Part shown: positions 23,801-33,815 of the stretch, piece by piece
Position numbering within the stretch: position 1 is the first letter of the stretch
How the letters are laid out: each line of letters begins with the position of its first letter
NCBI GenBank assembly: GCA_032718475.1
Contig: JAUCBJ010007437.1
Span: 1-38,259 of the forward strand
Length of the DNA stretch: 38,259 nt
Direction: 5' to 3'
From: Nemertoderma westbladi
Lineage: Eukaryota > Animalia > Xenacoelomorpha
Program-made: the position numbers and the translations under genes
The notes under the pieces: generated by a model
Told to the model about the DNA's origin: nothing
What the model saw: only the letters and a program-made list of their open reading frames with translations
Database searches by the model: none

Positions 23801-24471
23801 GGAAAATACGAACTGGGGGATTCCTCCGAGGCTGTTTAACAACTGTCGTTAGTGACTGAGGTGTGCCCGGAACACTAATAGTTGGAACAGGTGATGTTGA
23901 CCAATCTAGAGCTAAGTTTCCGGATGGCGTTGTCTTAAGGAAGTCCTCCTCGAAATGGTCGATGCAGACTCTCGAATATTCCGTTATGGAGAAATCCTTC
24001 CGATTGACGAACTTTGCCCAGCGATCTCGCAGATCTGAATTGATTGGGAATTTAAAACATGGTTTCCGAGGTGAACCTTTGTATCCAGTTTTACAGTTTA
24101 CTACGCAGCACTTGTTCACCATACTGTGTACCGCGACTCCCGGGTCGTCTGACGCTGATGACGGGGGCTTGGCACCGGCAACCGTTATAAAGGAATGTCG
24201 TGGTGCGCTGGTGCCCAGTGTCTGTGTGAATAGGTGACTAAGTCTAATAACATATGAATGAATTAATTTCCATATATATAAAATGCCAAATTATTAATAA
24301 ATATTTATAATTATTACTGTATTAGGCTGCAGAGCTGGTGGGAATAGGCCTACGACAACTGGGTATGAGATCTCCTACTGTAGTGCAGTACTGTACCGCA
24401 GTGTATAAGTGGCCTCTTTTCAAGTGGCCTCTCAAGGTGACCTGGTAGGCCGTAGTATATAGTAGGCCATG
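20870..24471 (-). mobile_element. P-superfamily (THAP9/Galileo-like) DNA transposon, apparently autonomous
   Basis: 67-bp TIRs beginning CATGGCC (20870-20936, 24405-24471) with one mismatch, enclosing an intact transposase ORF; no matching TSD. Confidence 0.93.
21525..24122 (-). CDS. THAP-domain P-element-type transposase, 865 aa
   Basis: N-terminal THAP (CCVVNC...FKFP...W...VCIDHF...VPT); catalytic-type motifs IDEM, STDN, QSDPLE; GTP-binding insertion motifs DPVHLVKNIRN and KQSVKLA; C-terminal CxxC...RGAL..PS...CxxH. Confidence 0.93.
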   Translation of the reverse strand: MVNKCCVVNCKTGYKGSPRKPCFKFPINSDLRDRWAKFVNRKDFSITEYSRVCIDHFEEDFLKTTPSGNLALDWSTSPVPTISVPGTPQSLTTVVKQPRRNPPVRIFQPDEQQSFNIRYGVTSLDDGYIFDKTDERVFLYELDTQSRMPRLKGSIRISRDLHVQLELCQRPIPLPIWFSKSSLCTITNTTQIENFAVYLKNASDDSSSEIFNEIWQYQNYDKYGRPPYSHNVIRFALMMRYTSAQAYSILRSEIQLPSWTLLNNLQVGGVDGMKALIGMVNKGAIDTDVILIIDEMKLQKEASYSQGEFTGVNEDGECFSGIVCFMVVSIKKGISYIVRAVPVVSVLKDWQTTETISVLNDVFSAGLHVRAISTDNLSVNVSMFAKLFQLYPPNDPTDLYYLNRVIKFNGSTIYLMYDPVHLVKNIRNSLINGKAFNFPAFSFTDFQDPITVINGECRWRDLLDLYDADQLDAHFRMAHSLTYSSLHPGNNKQSVKLALAIFDEKTTAAMEQYFPNRAPTAQFLQLINTWWLISNSKQRFHQCNKLGNAAVPGDKRPEFLRKLAEWNDDWRSSVSVGDHGIQWRGCGLTPQTSKAFSQSLRCAADLIEDLLAEDYDYILTSRLQSDPLELRYSKFRQMSGGRFLVSLREVRNAERITRLQTLLKCHIDFWKEESFRPDPINWTSLNNELADMVDPVLTAELSDISLEVVKYESGFLLHKLSIVKQPCDSCPTNLYTDDSGGAGGSDTNPFGSQSNPSDYVEVLNRGALKIPSKEFTDVVATCFARLDCVHHILLRSGIPIRRAALHFLELYGTSPFCDYHKNYSVTIYRTIINIYFNNMQKAKSDEIRCDSITNFKKRQISKFRK

Positions 24472-25650
24472 GTTACACATACCGTTATAGTTAAATTAAC
24501 CCCGGTACTACACGGGCTGCTTGGCGTAGGTAAAGACTGGTGACTTTGTGCTCCGGTCACTCCAGCAGATGCCGTGGTTCTTTTAACTGTTCAAGTATAT
24601 TTAACTACTGATTATTTGTTGTACCAGTACTTGTACCTAATTTAGTTCCTAATTTAATAATTTAGTTAATTAACTTCCAGGTAGGAACACTCCGTGATAC
24701 ATAACGTAGTACCTATAGCGATACGGCTATAGGTCGTCAGGCGGTGGTATTTTCCTATCTGGACAGTGCAATATATTTACTACTACTTATTATTTTCAAA
24801 TACCGTAGTACCCTGTCCGTTGTAATAACCAGAATTCTAACCCTTTGTTAGGCTGGTTTGTAGACTTCCTGTAAAATTACCCTAAAATTTCGTACGTAAT
24901 ATTTTTGTTGTGTTTAGTTAGAGAATTAATCTCACCCGTATTGTAAGTAATTCGTAGATAAGTAACTTAGGAAGTAGAATTATCTGTTTTAGTGTCTAAT
25001 AAGTAGCACTTCACTGAGAGCGCACAGCTTTTGTGTAGTGATTACTTCCCAGAAATAATAACATCTATTTCAATATTGTAACAAAACCCCTCATACGGGT
25101 ACATATAAATCCACTAAATCTATTAATAAAATAGTAGGCCTGTTATACAACACTTAGGTCTTAATATCAGTTGGACTGCTGCTCAAATAACGGTAATAGA
25201 GTAAGTAAAGTAACCAAGTAACCCCTAACATTCAGAAATTCAATTATTTTTAAAATAATTGACATACCGGTATTTACAATAGGCTTATTATATTTATTCT
25301 ATAAATTTAGGCTGAAATCATACCGGTATTCTGTAATTAATTCTAGTCTGTAATAATTATACTTATATATACTATAAGTGTCAGCTGTATACCGGTATTC
25401 ACGATAGGCCTATTATATATTTATATATAGTTGTGCTAAAATTATATACCGGTACTCTGTGACAAATCTAGTCTGTAATAATACTTATATATATACTATA
25501 AGCATACCGGTATTCTAATATATTATATATATATCACGCTACACTGAGTAGCAGTATCGGTAATTAATTATTAGGCTAACAGTGATACTGAATTACTAGA
25601 CTTACTTTAGCTGTATTTATAGCCGTAGGCATTCAACTGTGTAAACAAAC

Positions 25651-28620
25651 ATGTCTGACACAAAACGGGCACTGTCAGATAGTCTTTTGGAAGGTGTTAG
25701 AATGAGTCTTAGACTTGGACAGGGTCTTGAAAGGAAGATGGCAGAGGCAATGGCAACAGCAGAAGCGGAAAGAAAGGCGGCAGAGACAATGGCAACAGCA
25801 GAAGCGGAAAGAAAGGCGGCAGAGGCAATGGCAACAGTAGAAGCGGAAAGAAAGATAGCGACACCTGTACTCCCAGAACCTGCCTATAAATTCCCTTTGT
25901 ACAGTACTAAACTACCTGTGCCCAGTAGGACTGTTCCCGAGTCCGAACCCATCCTGGACGCCGAGCGAGATATCAAGAATTTATCGCCCGTCGTCTCTCG
26001 CTCGCCCGCTACTACGTTGGCGACTCCCGCTTCGGCGGTTGAGTGGGTAGCTGAGGGACGACGGGAGATGGGTCTCCTGCTCGAGCAGCTGAGGGAACAC
26101 TGTTTCTGCTCCTCTCAGCAGGTCCGGGAAATGGAAGAGACTGTTCAGCAGTTCAAGGGAACAGTCAGGGAAAGTAGGTTAGAGTTGCAAAAGGTGCAGC
26201 AAAGTATCGCGTTAGAACGCGATAAATTAGTCAATTTACAAAAGGGTATACCACCACCCCCTGTAACAATGTGTCAACCCGTTAGGTCTGAAGTATCTCA
26301 TGCGCAAGGTGTGGAGCCTACACGCATCTATACTGCTAGTGAAGTAGAAACTCCTATAGTAAACCCTATTCAGGGTAATTATAAACCTGTTGATAATAAT
26401 ATTCCATATAGACCTGATCATAATCCGAGAAATTTATATACCGATAATTCTATATTCAATAGTACGATGGCTCAAGAAAGTTTTACGCGTCAAATGGCTA
26501 GAACCGAAGCCCATCAAGCGGTAAAGGTTGGAGAGATCGTCAAGTTCAATGGAGATGAGATGAAATGGTTACCTTTTAATGAATATTACAAAGATAACAT
26601 ACAGAATTCTGTGCTATCTAACGGAGAGAAACTCAGATACCTCATCGAATGCTTGGAAGGACCTCCCAAGTTAATGGCGTTAAAATTTATTGGACATCCA
26701 GATGGATTAAGACAAGTTTGGGATACATTAAACATCAGGTATGGTAATAGGACTAACATAGCTAGGTATTTATATGCGAAATTAATGGCGCCCCGAAAGT
26801 TTCTTAGCAGCGGGATTATAGAATTTTCCGATGAGATTCAGGAGATCTGTAGACAGCTAGATTGGTTAGGTAAGTCTCATGAATACCAGAACTCTATGGT
26901 TGTAGGAGCCTTAGCATCTACTTTACCAAAGGGTGGAGTAGGTACACGCTGGGACAAGAAAGTGTTATATATGATGGAACAACAACAACGAGACCCTACC
27001 ATGGCTGATCTCATGTCCTTCTTAGATAGTGAAGTAAAATTACAACTCATAAAGCAGTCCAGAGAGAAAACATCGGAAAATAAGGTAAGTGAGAAACCCA
27101 TTTCTAGGAGAAGGGTAACACCAGTGTGTTATACTGACGACGACGAAAGCCAAGTCTCTCAGGAAGAGGACAGCGGGAAAGACACAGCAAAATCTTACTA
27201 TGACAACAAGACCTATAAAGACGTAAGTAAATATAAGTCTCGAACCAGTGACAGGAGAGAACAGGTAACAACAATTCCTCCTACGTCTCCTAAGAGAATT
27301 CGCGGAAGAAAGCCCGAAGAAAGAACGAGAGTGCATAACGTTACCCAAGGTAAAGTGAGTAACATCAAACCAAAATGTGCGCTGTGCGACGGGCCCCACC
27401 GTTTGAGTGTGTGTGCTGAATTCCTAAAGAAATCCCTGGTAGACAGACGTGAAGTCATGTGGGATAAGCGGTTATGCTATAATTGCCTCAGACAAGGACA
27501 CCAACGGCGAACCTGTTACTCCGACGTAAGGTGTGCAAAGTGCGGTGCGAAACATCACATCTTGTTACACAGTGAATTCGAACGAAACAACCCGAGTCAG
27601 GTAAGTGAGCCCGAACTACATGTCCAATTCAGTGATGTAAATGACACTGATCAAGAGTCTGAGATGGAAGGATTCTATACTGACGAATTCTCCGACGCCA
27701 ACGAATCCTGTTACCTAATCAATACCGTGGTGTATCGAGCACTTACTTACGAAAAGGACACCGACAATGAGTTCCCCCCAACTACCTTTGACAGACAACC
27801 ATCTTGGAAAGCTCCAACTTCCAACGTAGGAATCAGAGAATTTCCTGTAGTGCAGGTAAGAGTTCACGGTCCTACCAAAAGTTACATAGTGAACGCCCTC
27901 CTTGACTCCGGCAGCACAGGAACATTCATCGATCAAGAACTAGCCGAAGATATCTTTGCTGGACAACCCAAATTCCAAACTAAGTTGAATATGTCCGGAA
28001 TTATGCAGGTTTGGAAATCTACCATAACGGCAGATTACTATGTAGGTGCGTTGTCCACCCCCCAGGATAAATTAGGAGCACAAAGTATAAGGTCAGTAAA
28101 AATGGTGGCTATAAAGAACTTCGCTACTACCCAAGTAGAACCTTATAACTGGGACGAAGACGAGAGCATCCAACAGCTTAAGATACCTCAATTCCAGACA
28201 GATTATCCTGGAGTACAAATACTCATCGGCCAAAACGCGCATGAGGCGCTCGAGACATTGGAGAAACGGCCTGCTCAACCGCAGCCACTACAAACCTATG
28301 CGGTAAGAACTAGAGTAGGTTGGTACTTCACTGGCCCTTCCCGTAGAACTCTCAAAGAGAGATTACCTCAACAACAGGTATACCAAGTAAAGGAATGGGA
28401 AGTGGAGAGCAGTGATGTGGACGATCCAACTGAGGGAACACCATACTCCTCAGATAATGACTATATTAACTCCAATGTAGATCAATGGAGACATTGCCTT
28501 GGGACGATTAATCCAGCCGACATGCGTGTGACTATATCATTTTATATTTGTTTTTATTTTATATTTATGTATGTATTATTATGTAATTTTATTATAATCG
28601 TTTCCTTTAATTTTATTTAG
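25651..28620 (+). CDS. gag: BEL/Pao Gag-protease, copy 2, uninterrupted 989-aa ORF
   Basis: Same capsid, triple knuckle, LLDSGS protease and NPAD motif as copy 1; short N-terminus with three AEAMATAEAERKA-type repeats; last about 30 aa are read into non-coding DNA after a deletion. Confidence 0.92.
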   Translation: MSDTKRALSDSLLEGVRMSLRLGQGLERKMAEAMATAEAERKAAETMATAEAERKAAEAMATVEAERKIATPVLPEPAYKFPLYSTKLPVPSRTVPESEPILDAERDIKNLSPVVSRSPATTLATPASAVEWVAEGRREMGLLLEQLREHCFCSSQQVREMEETVQQFKGTVRESRLELQKVQQSIALERDKLVNLQKGIPPPPVTMCQPVRSEVSHAQGVEPTRIYTASEVETPIVNPIQGNYKPVDNNIPYRPDHNPRNLYTDNSIFNSTMAQESFTRQMARTEAHQAVKVGEIVKFNGDEMKWLPFNEYYKDNIQNSVLSNGEKLRYLIECLEGPPKLMALKFIGHPDGLRQVWDTLNIRYGNRTNIARYLYAKLMAPRKFLSSGIIEFSDEIQEICRQLDWLGKSHEYQNSMVVGALASTLPKGGVGTRWDKKVLYMMEQQQRDPTMADLMSFLDSEVKLQLIKQSREKTSENKVSEKPISRRRVTPVCYTDDDESQVSQEEDSGKDTAKSYYDNKTYKDVSKYKSRTSDRREQVTTIPPTSPKRIRGRKPEERTRVHNVTQGKVSNIKPKCALCDGPHRLSVCAEFLKKSLVDRREVMWDKRLCYNCLRQGHQRRTCYSDVRCAKCGAKHHILLHSEFERNNPSQVSEPELHVQFSDVNDTDQESEMEGFYTDEFSDANESCYLINTVVYRALTYEKDTDNEFPPTTFDRQPSWKAPTSNVGIREFPVVQVRVHGPTKSYIVNALLDSGSTGTFIDQELAEDIFAGQPKFQTKLNMSGIMQVWKSTITADYYVGALSTPQDKLGAQSIRSVKMVAIKNFATTQVEPYNWDEDESIQQLKIPQFQTDYPGVQILIGQNAHEALETLEKRPAQPQPLQTYAVRTRVGWYFTGPSRRTLKERLPQQQVYQVKEWEVESSDVDDPTEGTPYSSDNDYINSNVDQWRHCLGTINPADMRVTISFYICFYFIFMYVLLCNFIIIVSFNFI

Positions 28621-30131
28621 TAGAATGTTATTTTAGTGATTATTTGGTAGATTAGTGCAATATATTAGTGTTTATTACGTAATTACATATATAATATATA
28701 TTTAGTGTGACGGCGAGAAATAATTTTTTCTCTTTCCTTACTATCCGTATCATATTATAAATACGTGACTACAGTAAGATGAAATGTCCGTACTTATTAA
28801 AGTACAATAAAGCCACTACTATATTCAAGTATTATTGGTAGGCAGAGTATTAGGAATGCAAAGTTCAGATCCTCGTGTCTCGGCTAAACCAAGCTCTGGG
28901 TAGACCTTGGAAACGACTTGCCTCTTCACACTGACATTGCTTCGTGCGATATTGCTCTTCTACCGTATATTAAATAATACATATAGTAGCGTGATGTCCC
29001 TAACAGTAGCGTAAAACGCAAATAAATCTGTTAAACCTTTTGACCATCTGTAATTCTAGTCGATTAAGATATCGCGGCACCCACCGATATACTTGAAAGA
29101 CAAATTCTAGAATCAGTGGTTAACGTCCCCAGACAAGTTCTGGAATAAATCGGTGCCCATCTTAAATATTAATTTAATATTTATTAAAATCTGTAAAATT
29201 CAGATCCTTTAAAATTTCTAGTCAATTACGATATCGTAGCACTTACCGATACTCTTAAAAGACAATTTTAGAGAATTAAGGATCCTAGGTCCCCAGACAT
29301 GCTCTGGAATAAAATTGTGTCAATTTTACCATCAAATAATAAAATTCACGGGAATAAATTTAAATTCATATCTTAAATGAATTTCATAAATTTGTCATTT
29401 GTGCAATTTATAACATTCCCAAAATTCCATTAATTAATAGATCATGGGAGCGGAGATTCATCCTATTGAGTGTATTAGAGTGCGAGAATCTCCAACATAT
29501 AGTCAATAGCCGATAAAATTAATAAAATCATACATAAAGAGGATATTGACAATTAAAGAATTACTATTAAATAGCATTCCAGATCTGTATGCATTGGAAT
29601 TACCCTAATTCTACCGCTAGCTTTCCATAATGTCACCATAGCAACACCCACGCTAGAATTAGAAGCAAGTTAAAAGAACAATAGAAAGCTTGTCCCATTG
29701 CATAGCATAGAGAATACATAGCACACTGTTAGTATCCAAGGATACACAGTAATAACCTGACATTCTGGAAGGCACTGACTAACGGACAAATGGCCTGTAT
29801 GTGTACAATTGGTGACAGTTGTGTGGAATTTGTGCGTTTATAGGTGAATGTTACTGCTAAAGTATGTTTACAGTATCTAGTCGCAATTGTGAAAGTAACC
29901 CAACTCTCCTATAGAAAGAACCTAAAGTGGATTCAAGCCTTTGGGACGGACAGTGGAGTGACTTGTGCCGGTTATCGTTGTCGTGCTGTTGCTACATGTT
30001 GGCGTAAACACCGCGACGACGGTACATCGGCGCTGAGAATCCCACTGTCCGGGGGCAAAGAGAGGTAGGCAGCGACGCCCGCTCGCCTAAACATAAACTC
30101 ATTACAATATTAATAAACTCAGATAGCAGAT

Positions 30132-31579
30132 ATGACGGAGTTGATAGAAGATGATCTTGGTATCAGGGAGCGATATACTCTACCTTTACAAGCATTTGTG
30201 GATAGCTTGATACGCGGCGAAGCCGATCCAACATTACGGAGGACGATGGTCGTTATATCGAACCGCCGATGTCCCAAGAGCAACTTACGCGTGAATTGGA
30301 CTATCGAAAATTCACCGCTCGCTATACGCATCGTAATGGTACGTATATGGACTTCCTAACTACCGGCCATCCTATCGATTTACATGATACGGACGATGTA
30401 GACACCGAAAGGGAAATGGTTCTATTTAAATATCATACCCAGTGGAGTCGTAACGATAAACCGAGAATAGATCACGAAAATTCTATTCGTAACAGACTTG
30501 GAAGACGAACCAATATGCCTAGAAGCTGAGGAGATTCAGCCTATCGCGCCCGGAACAGCGACAACGATTACATCCTAGAATGGTATCAAGGTCCACAGTG
30601 TCTCACTGCGTACGATTATCGCCATGCCAACTATGTTTCTCGGCAACGTTGTCGGTTATGCGCATCGAGAGACCATGTTACGCCCATGGACACAAACATC
30701 CGCTGTTCCTATTTCCACGAACAACCGGCGATGGAAATTTATTGTGCGTATTGCAGACTCAATAACTTGCACATTTTTGCGGTTTGCCCTCAATTTATGA
30801 CTCAATGTCACCATTGTCAACTAAAGGGACACGCCAGTTTCGATTGCCCTTTTAATCACGATTTGGAAAGCGTAGATGAAATGATCACACTACGTTACAT
30901 CAGAGCTTGGGAAGCGAACGCTGATTTACATTGTGATTCACGCCATCGTTATTATCTTGGACGCGCTTACGAAGGAGTTTATGCGTTCCATCCTTATCTA
31001 TTCGCTTCTGTCGAACAGAAATCACGCATATCGAGTTACGAACTACTGAAGCGCGTCGGAGAATGTATTTCAACCAAGTTCGTACGCAAATTTCTCAGGA
31101 GTGTTAATCCTAGCGACCTTCATTCATATAACCTAATCAATTTTATCCGTCAGGATCCGGACTATGGAGACTTATTTGTTAACTCAAACCCCGAGTTACA
31201 GGAAGTATATCGACGGCCTTACGAATACCGAGCCCGCGAACGCGAGTTGGAAAGAAACATTAAACCCGGGAAGTTTCTGACTGCCTATGGTCCACCCACG
31301 GCTCTCGTTCAGACCACTCTTAAAGGACCCGTAAGAGCGGCCGTCCTAAAACGCGCTCTCAAGGCCGTTAGATCCCTCTCCCCCGACGTTGATGTCAATC
31401 AACCCGGCACTTCGACTGGCGGATACACCGACCATAATCTTACACCCTCTGATGCAATCATATTGCACCCTTCACCCAGGAGTTATAGCCCTCCTTGTAA
31501 AGTGGCTCCCCCCAAAGAGAAAAAGACTCTGGCCAGCTTTAAAAAACTGCGCAAACGCCGTCCGCGCAAGAAAGACTAA
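30132..31579 (+). pseudogene. Accessory 3' zinc-knuckle gene, copy 2 (one 1-bp frameshift near 30235, one in-frame TGA at 30527-30529)
   Basis: ORFs 30269-30529 and 30686-31579 share a frame; the intervening codons read GDSAYRARNSDNDYILEWYQGPQCLTAYDYRHANYVSRQRCRLCASRDHVTPM. Confidence 0.82.
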
Positions 31580-31657
31580 CTGTTTAGAGTATTTACGTAT
31601 ATTAGAAACTGTGATTTTGTATATTTTATAGACTCAAATCCCATTTTCTGGGAGCGG

Positions 31658-32892
31658 TGTAAAAGCTTTTGTGGGATGTAACTGGCCCTTTTGCTTTGCA
31701 ATCCAGTTCCCTCCCAGGCGCTGGAATACTCTAAAAAGCTCTCTAACGCGAATGATGCAAAGCAACCGGCTGATTGGCTGATTTGTTATACGAGGGGCTC
31801 TTTGCTATGTTCTATCGGCCAACGGCTATAGCAGCAGAGTATGCAACCAGGGCAACCGAGCGGAGTGACTCATTTTGTGTGTTGGCCAAGGGCTGCAAAA
31901 ATCCTGATAGTTCGGCATTTAGATATTCGTGGAACCTGTGGAATCTGGGGTTCTGCCAATGAGAGCTATTCCTCTCTGTGTAAAAAGATACCTGCAACGG
32001 TGTTAGAGTCAGAGAGTTCTTGTTACTGTTGTGTTGTTTCTATCTAGGCCAGGAACACCGGCTCTAGAGTCAATTCGTTTCAGACTTTAGAAGAAACATT
32101 AGTAGGCTTAGATTATAGAACGTATAACTGTTATCGGCTCAATCGGCACATACATTGTCATATCATATCTTAACCTACCGTCTTAATGCTTTTACTGTTG
32201 TTATTATTTTGTATCAGTTGGTTGAATATTATTTGGAGAACATCTATAAAGAACCCAAATTTCCCAATTTTCTTGATACACTACAGGTTAGAGAGACAGG
32301 TTACATATAGCGATTGCGACTTATGTTATCGTGGTTTGTAGTGAACCTAATGCTATTTGATAGGCACTACATGAGTCAATTGCTGTTCTCTTTATGTATG
32401 ATAAAATTCATTGACGGTCGGCAAATTAGTGTGCAGTATTGTGCGTTACCGGTAGTGTGCATGATTGTGACTGATAACTAAGCATTTCCTAAAGAATGCG
32501 CCTCATACGTGAATCATAAGCCTTCCCGACTTACCATTGTGTTTAGTATAAGTCATATCTAGATACCTTTTACCTTTTACCAGTTTACCTAGATAGAGCG
32601 CCACGTCCTAAAGGAACTGTTAATATTTCCCGAAAGTGAATAATATTAGTCAGAAATTATTTATTAACGATCAATCGAATAATACAGTAAGCTTACACTG
32701 CAATAACAATCTAAGCCCTCCGAATCCAGTCTCCCGAATCCAGCGGGTGAATGGACGCGCACTAGGCTGGCTTCGGCTAATGTTGTGTTTATTGGTATTA
32801 AATACTTGTCATTTTCTAAAGTCTATTTATAAACCAAAAGACATATAAATTTTGGCAGGTTAAACTGCTAAAGGTCTTCAAAAGCGCGTACA
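31658..32892 (+). repeat. 3' LTR of BEL copy 2
   Basis: TG...CA, 1235 bp, inverted match to 233-1454 with small indels; preceded by GGGAGCGG. Confidence 0.95.
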
Positions 32893-33039
32893 GTTAGTGA
32901 TAATTGCATAAAAATATGATTATTGTTATTGTTTATTATATGTATGCGATCCCCTTAATTATTGGGTATGTTTATAGTCCAATAAAAATATACAAAATAT
33001 TACTTTTAAAACATGCAAATACAGTAGTTGTTCTATAAT

Positions 33040-33280
33040 GACTAATTGATTGAAGCTTTGAGATGGGAGGTCGCGTGTTGGATCCCAAACCGAGTCAGTT
33101 ACAATTTCTAAACCAACTCAGCGATATGGGTTTTTAGTTATCTTTACTTTTGGGCATAACGAAAGGGGTTGGGTAGTTACAGATTGCTTAACATTGGGAG
33201 TTAGTGTGAAGGTCTTACTGCCTTGCAGGTAAAAGCCAAGAGAGATGAGCCTATATGGGTTATCTGTGATGTTTCTTGAC
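33040..33280 (+). mobile_element. tRNA-derived SINE-like remnant
   Basis: gggaggtcgcgtgttggatccc resembles a degenerate Pol III B-box; body shared with 33665-33815 (accg.gtcag.tacaa.ttct...caggtaa.agccaagagagat.agcct). Confidence 0.5.
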
Positions 33281-33664
33281 ACAAGATCACCGGTAACTTT
33301 ACTTTATAAGACCGGTAATTTTACTTTATGGAAATATATATTAACTACGAATGAATTGGTCTTTTTTTCTGTTCGTACAGTAATAATAATTATCGTTATT
33401 TTAGCTATAATAAATTTATTAAACAATACTAACGTGATTCACTTGTTGATGGACTTGTTGATGAATATAGCTGAGCTACCGATGGTGATGGCGGCTGAGT
33501 GCCGTTTGGTGGTTCTGGCGACTCAGTGTCGTTATCTGCAATAGAAATACAAATACTATTATTAATATTACCGAAACTTAATCCACTATTATACACATAA
33601 GAATTATCAAATAACTATGGAATTACTGTTTGATCCCAAATTTATTTTTACAGCTTCTAGCTTT

Positions 33665-33815
33665 GTTGTTCCGGGTTCGATCCCAGACCGTGTCAGATAC
33701 AACTTCTTAAGCAACGCAATGATATGGAAATCTTGCTTTTGTTAGGGAAGTAGTGAAATGTCAAACAGGTAATAGCCAAGAGAGATCAGCCTCAGGGTAA
33801 TCTAAGATGTTTCGA
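33665..33815 (+). mobile_element. tRNA-derived SINE-like remnant, second copy
   Basis: B-box GGTTCGATCCC followed by the same body as 33040-33280. Confidence 0.55.

Larger units (their letters stand above)
24472..32892 (+). mobile_element. Non-autonomous BEL/Pao element, copy 2, 5'-truncated and inverted relative to copy 1
   Basis: Reverse-complement match to about 233-10587; homology starts at the first base after the P-element TIR; 5' LTR and about 1.1 kb of leader missing. Confidence 0.94.

Noticed and set aside
28522-28620. Hydrophobic C-terminal tail of copy-2 Gag as an evolved membrane anchor
   Set aside because: It results from a deletion of about 300 bp that runs the frame into AT-rich sequence that is non-coding in copy 1
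233-32892. Whole region as one giant TIR transposon (Polinton/Teratorn-like) with TG...CA inverted ends
   Set aside because: Outer flanks differ (ATACC vs GTTAG), copy 1 has its own TSD, and no polB, ATPase or capsid genes are present
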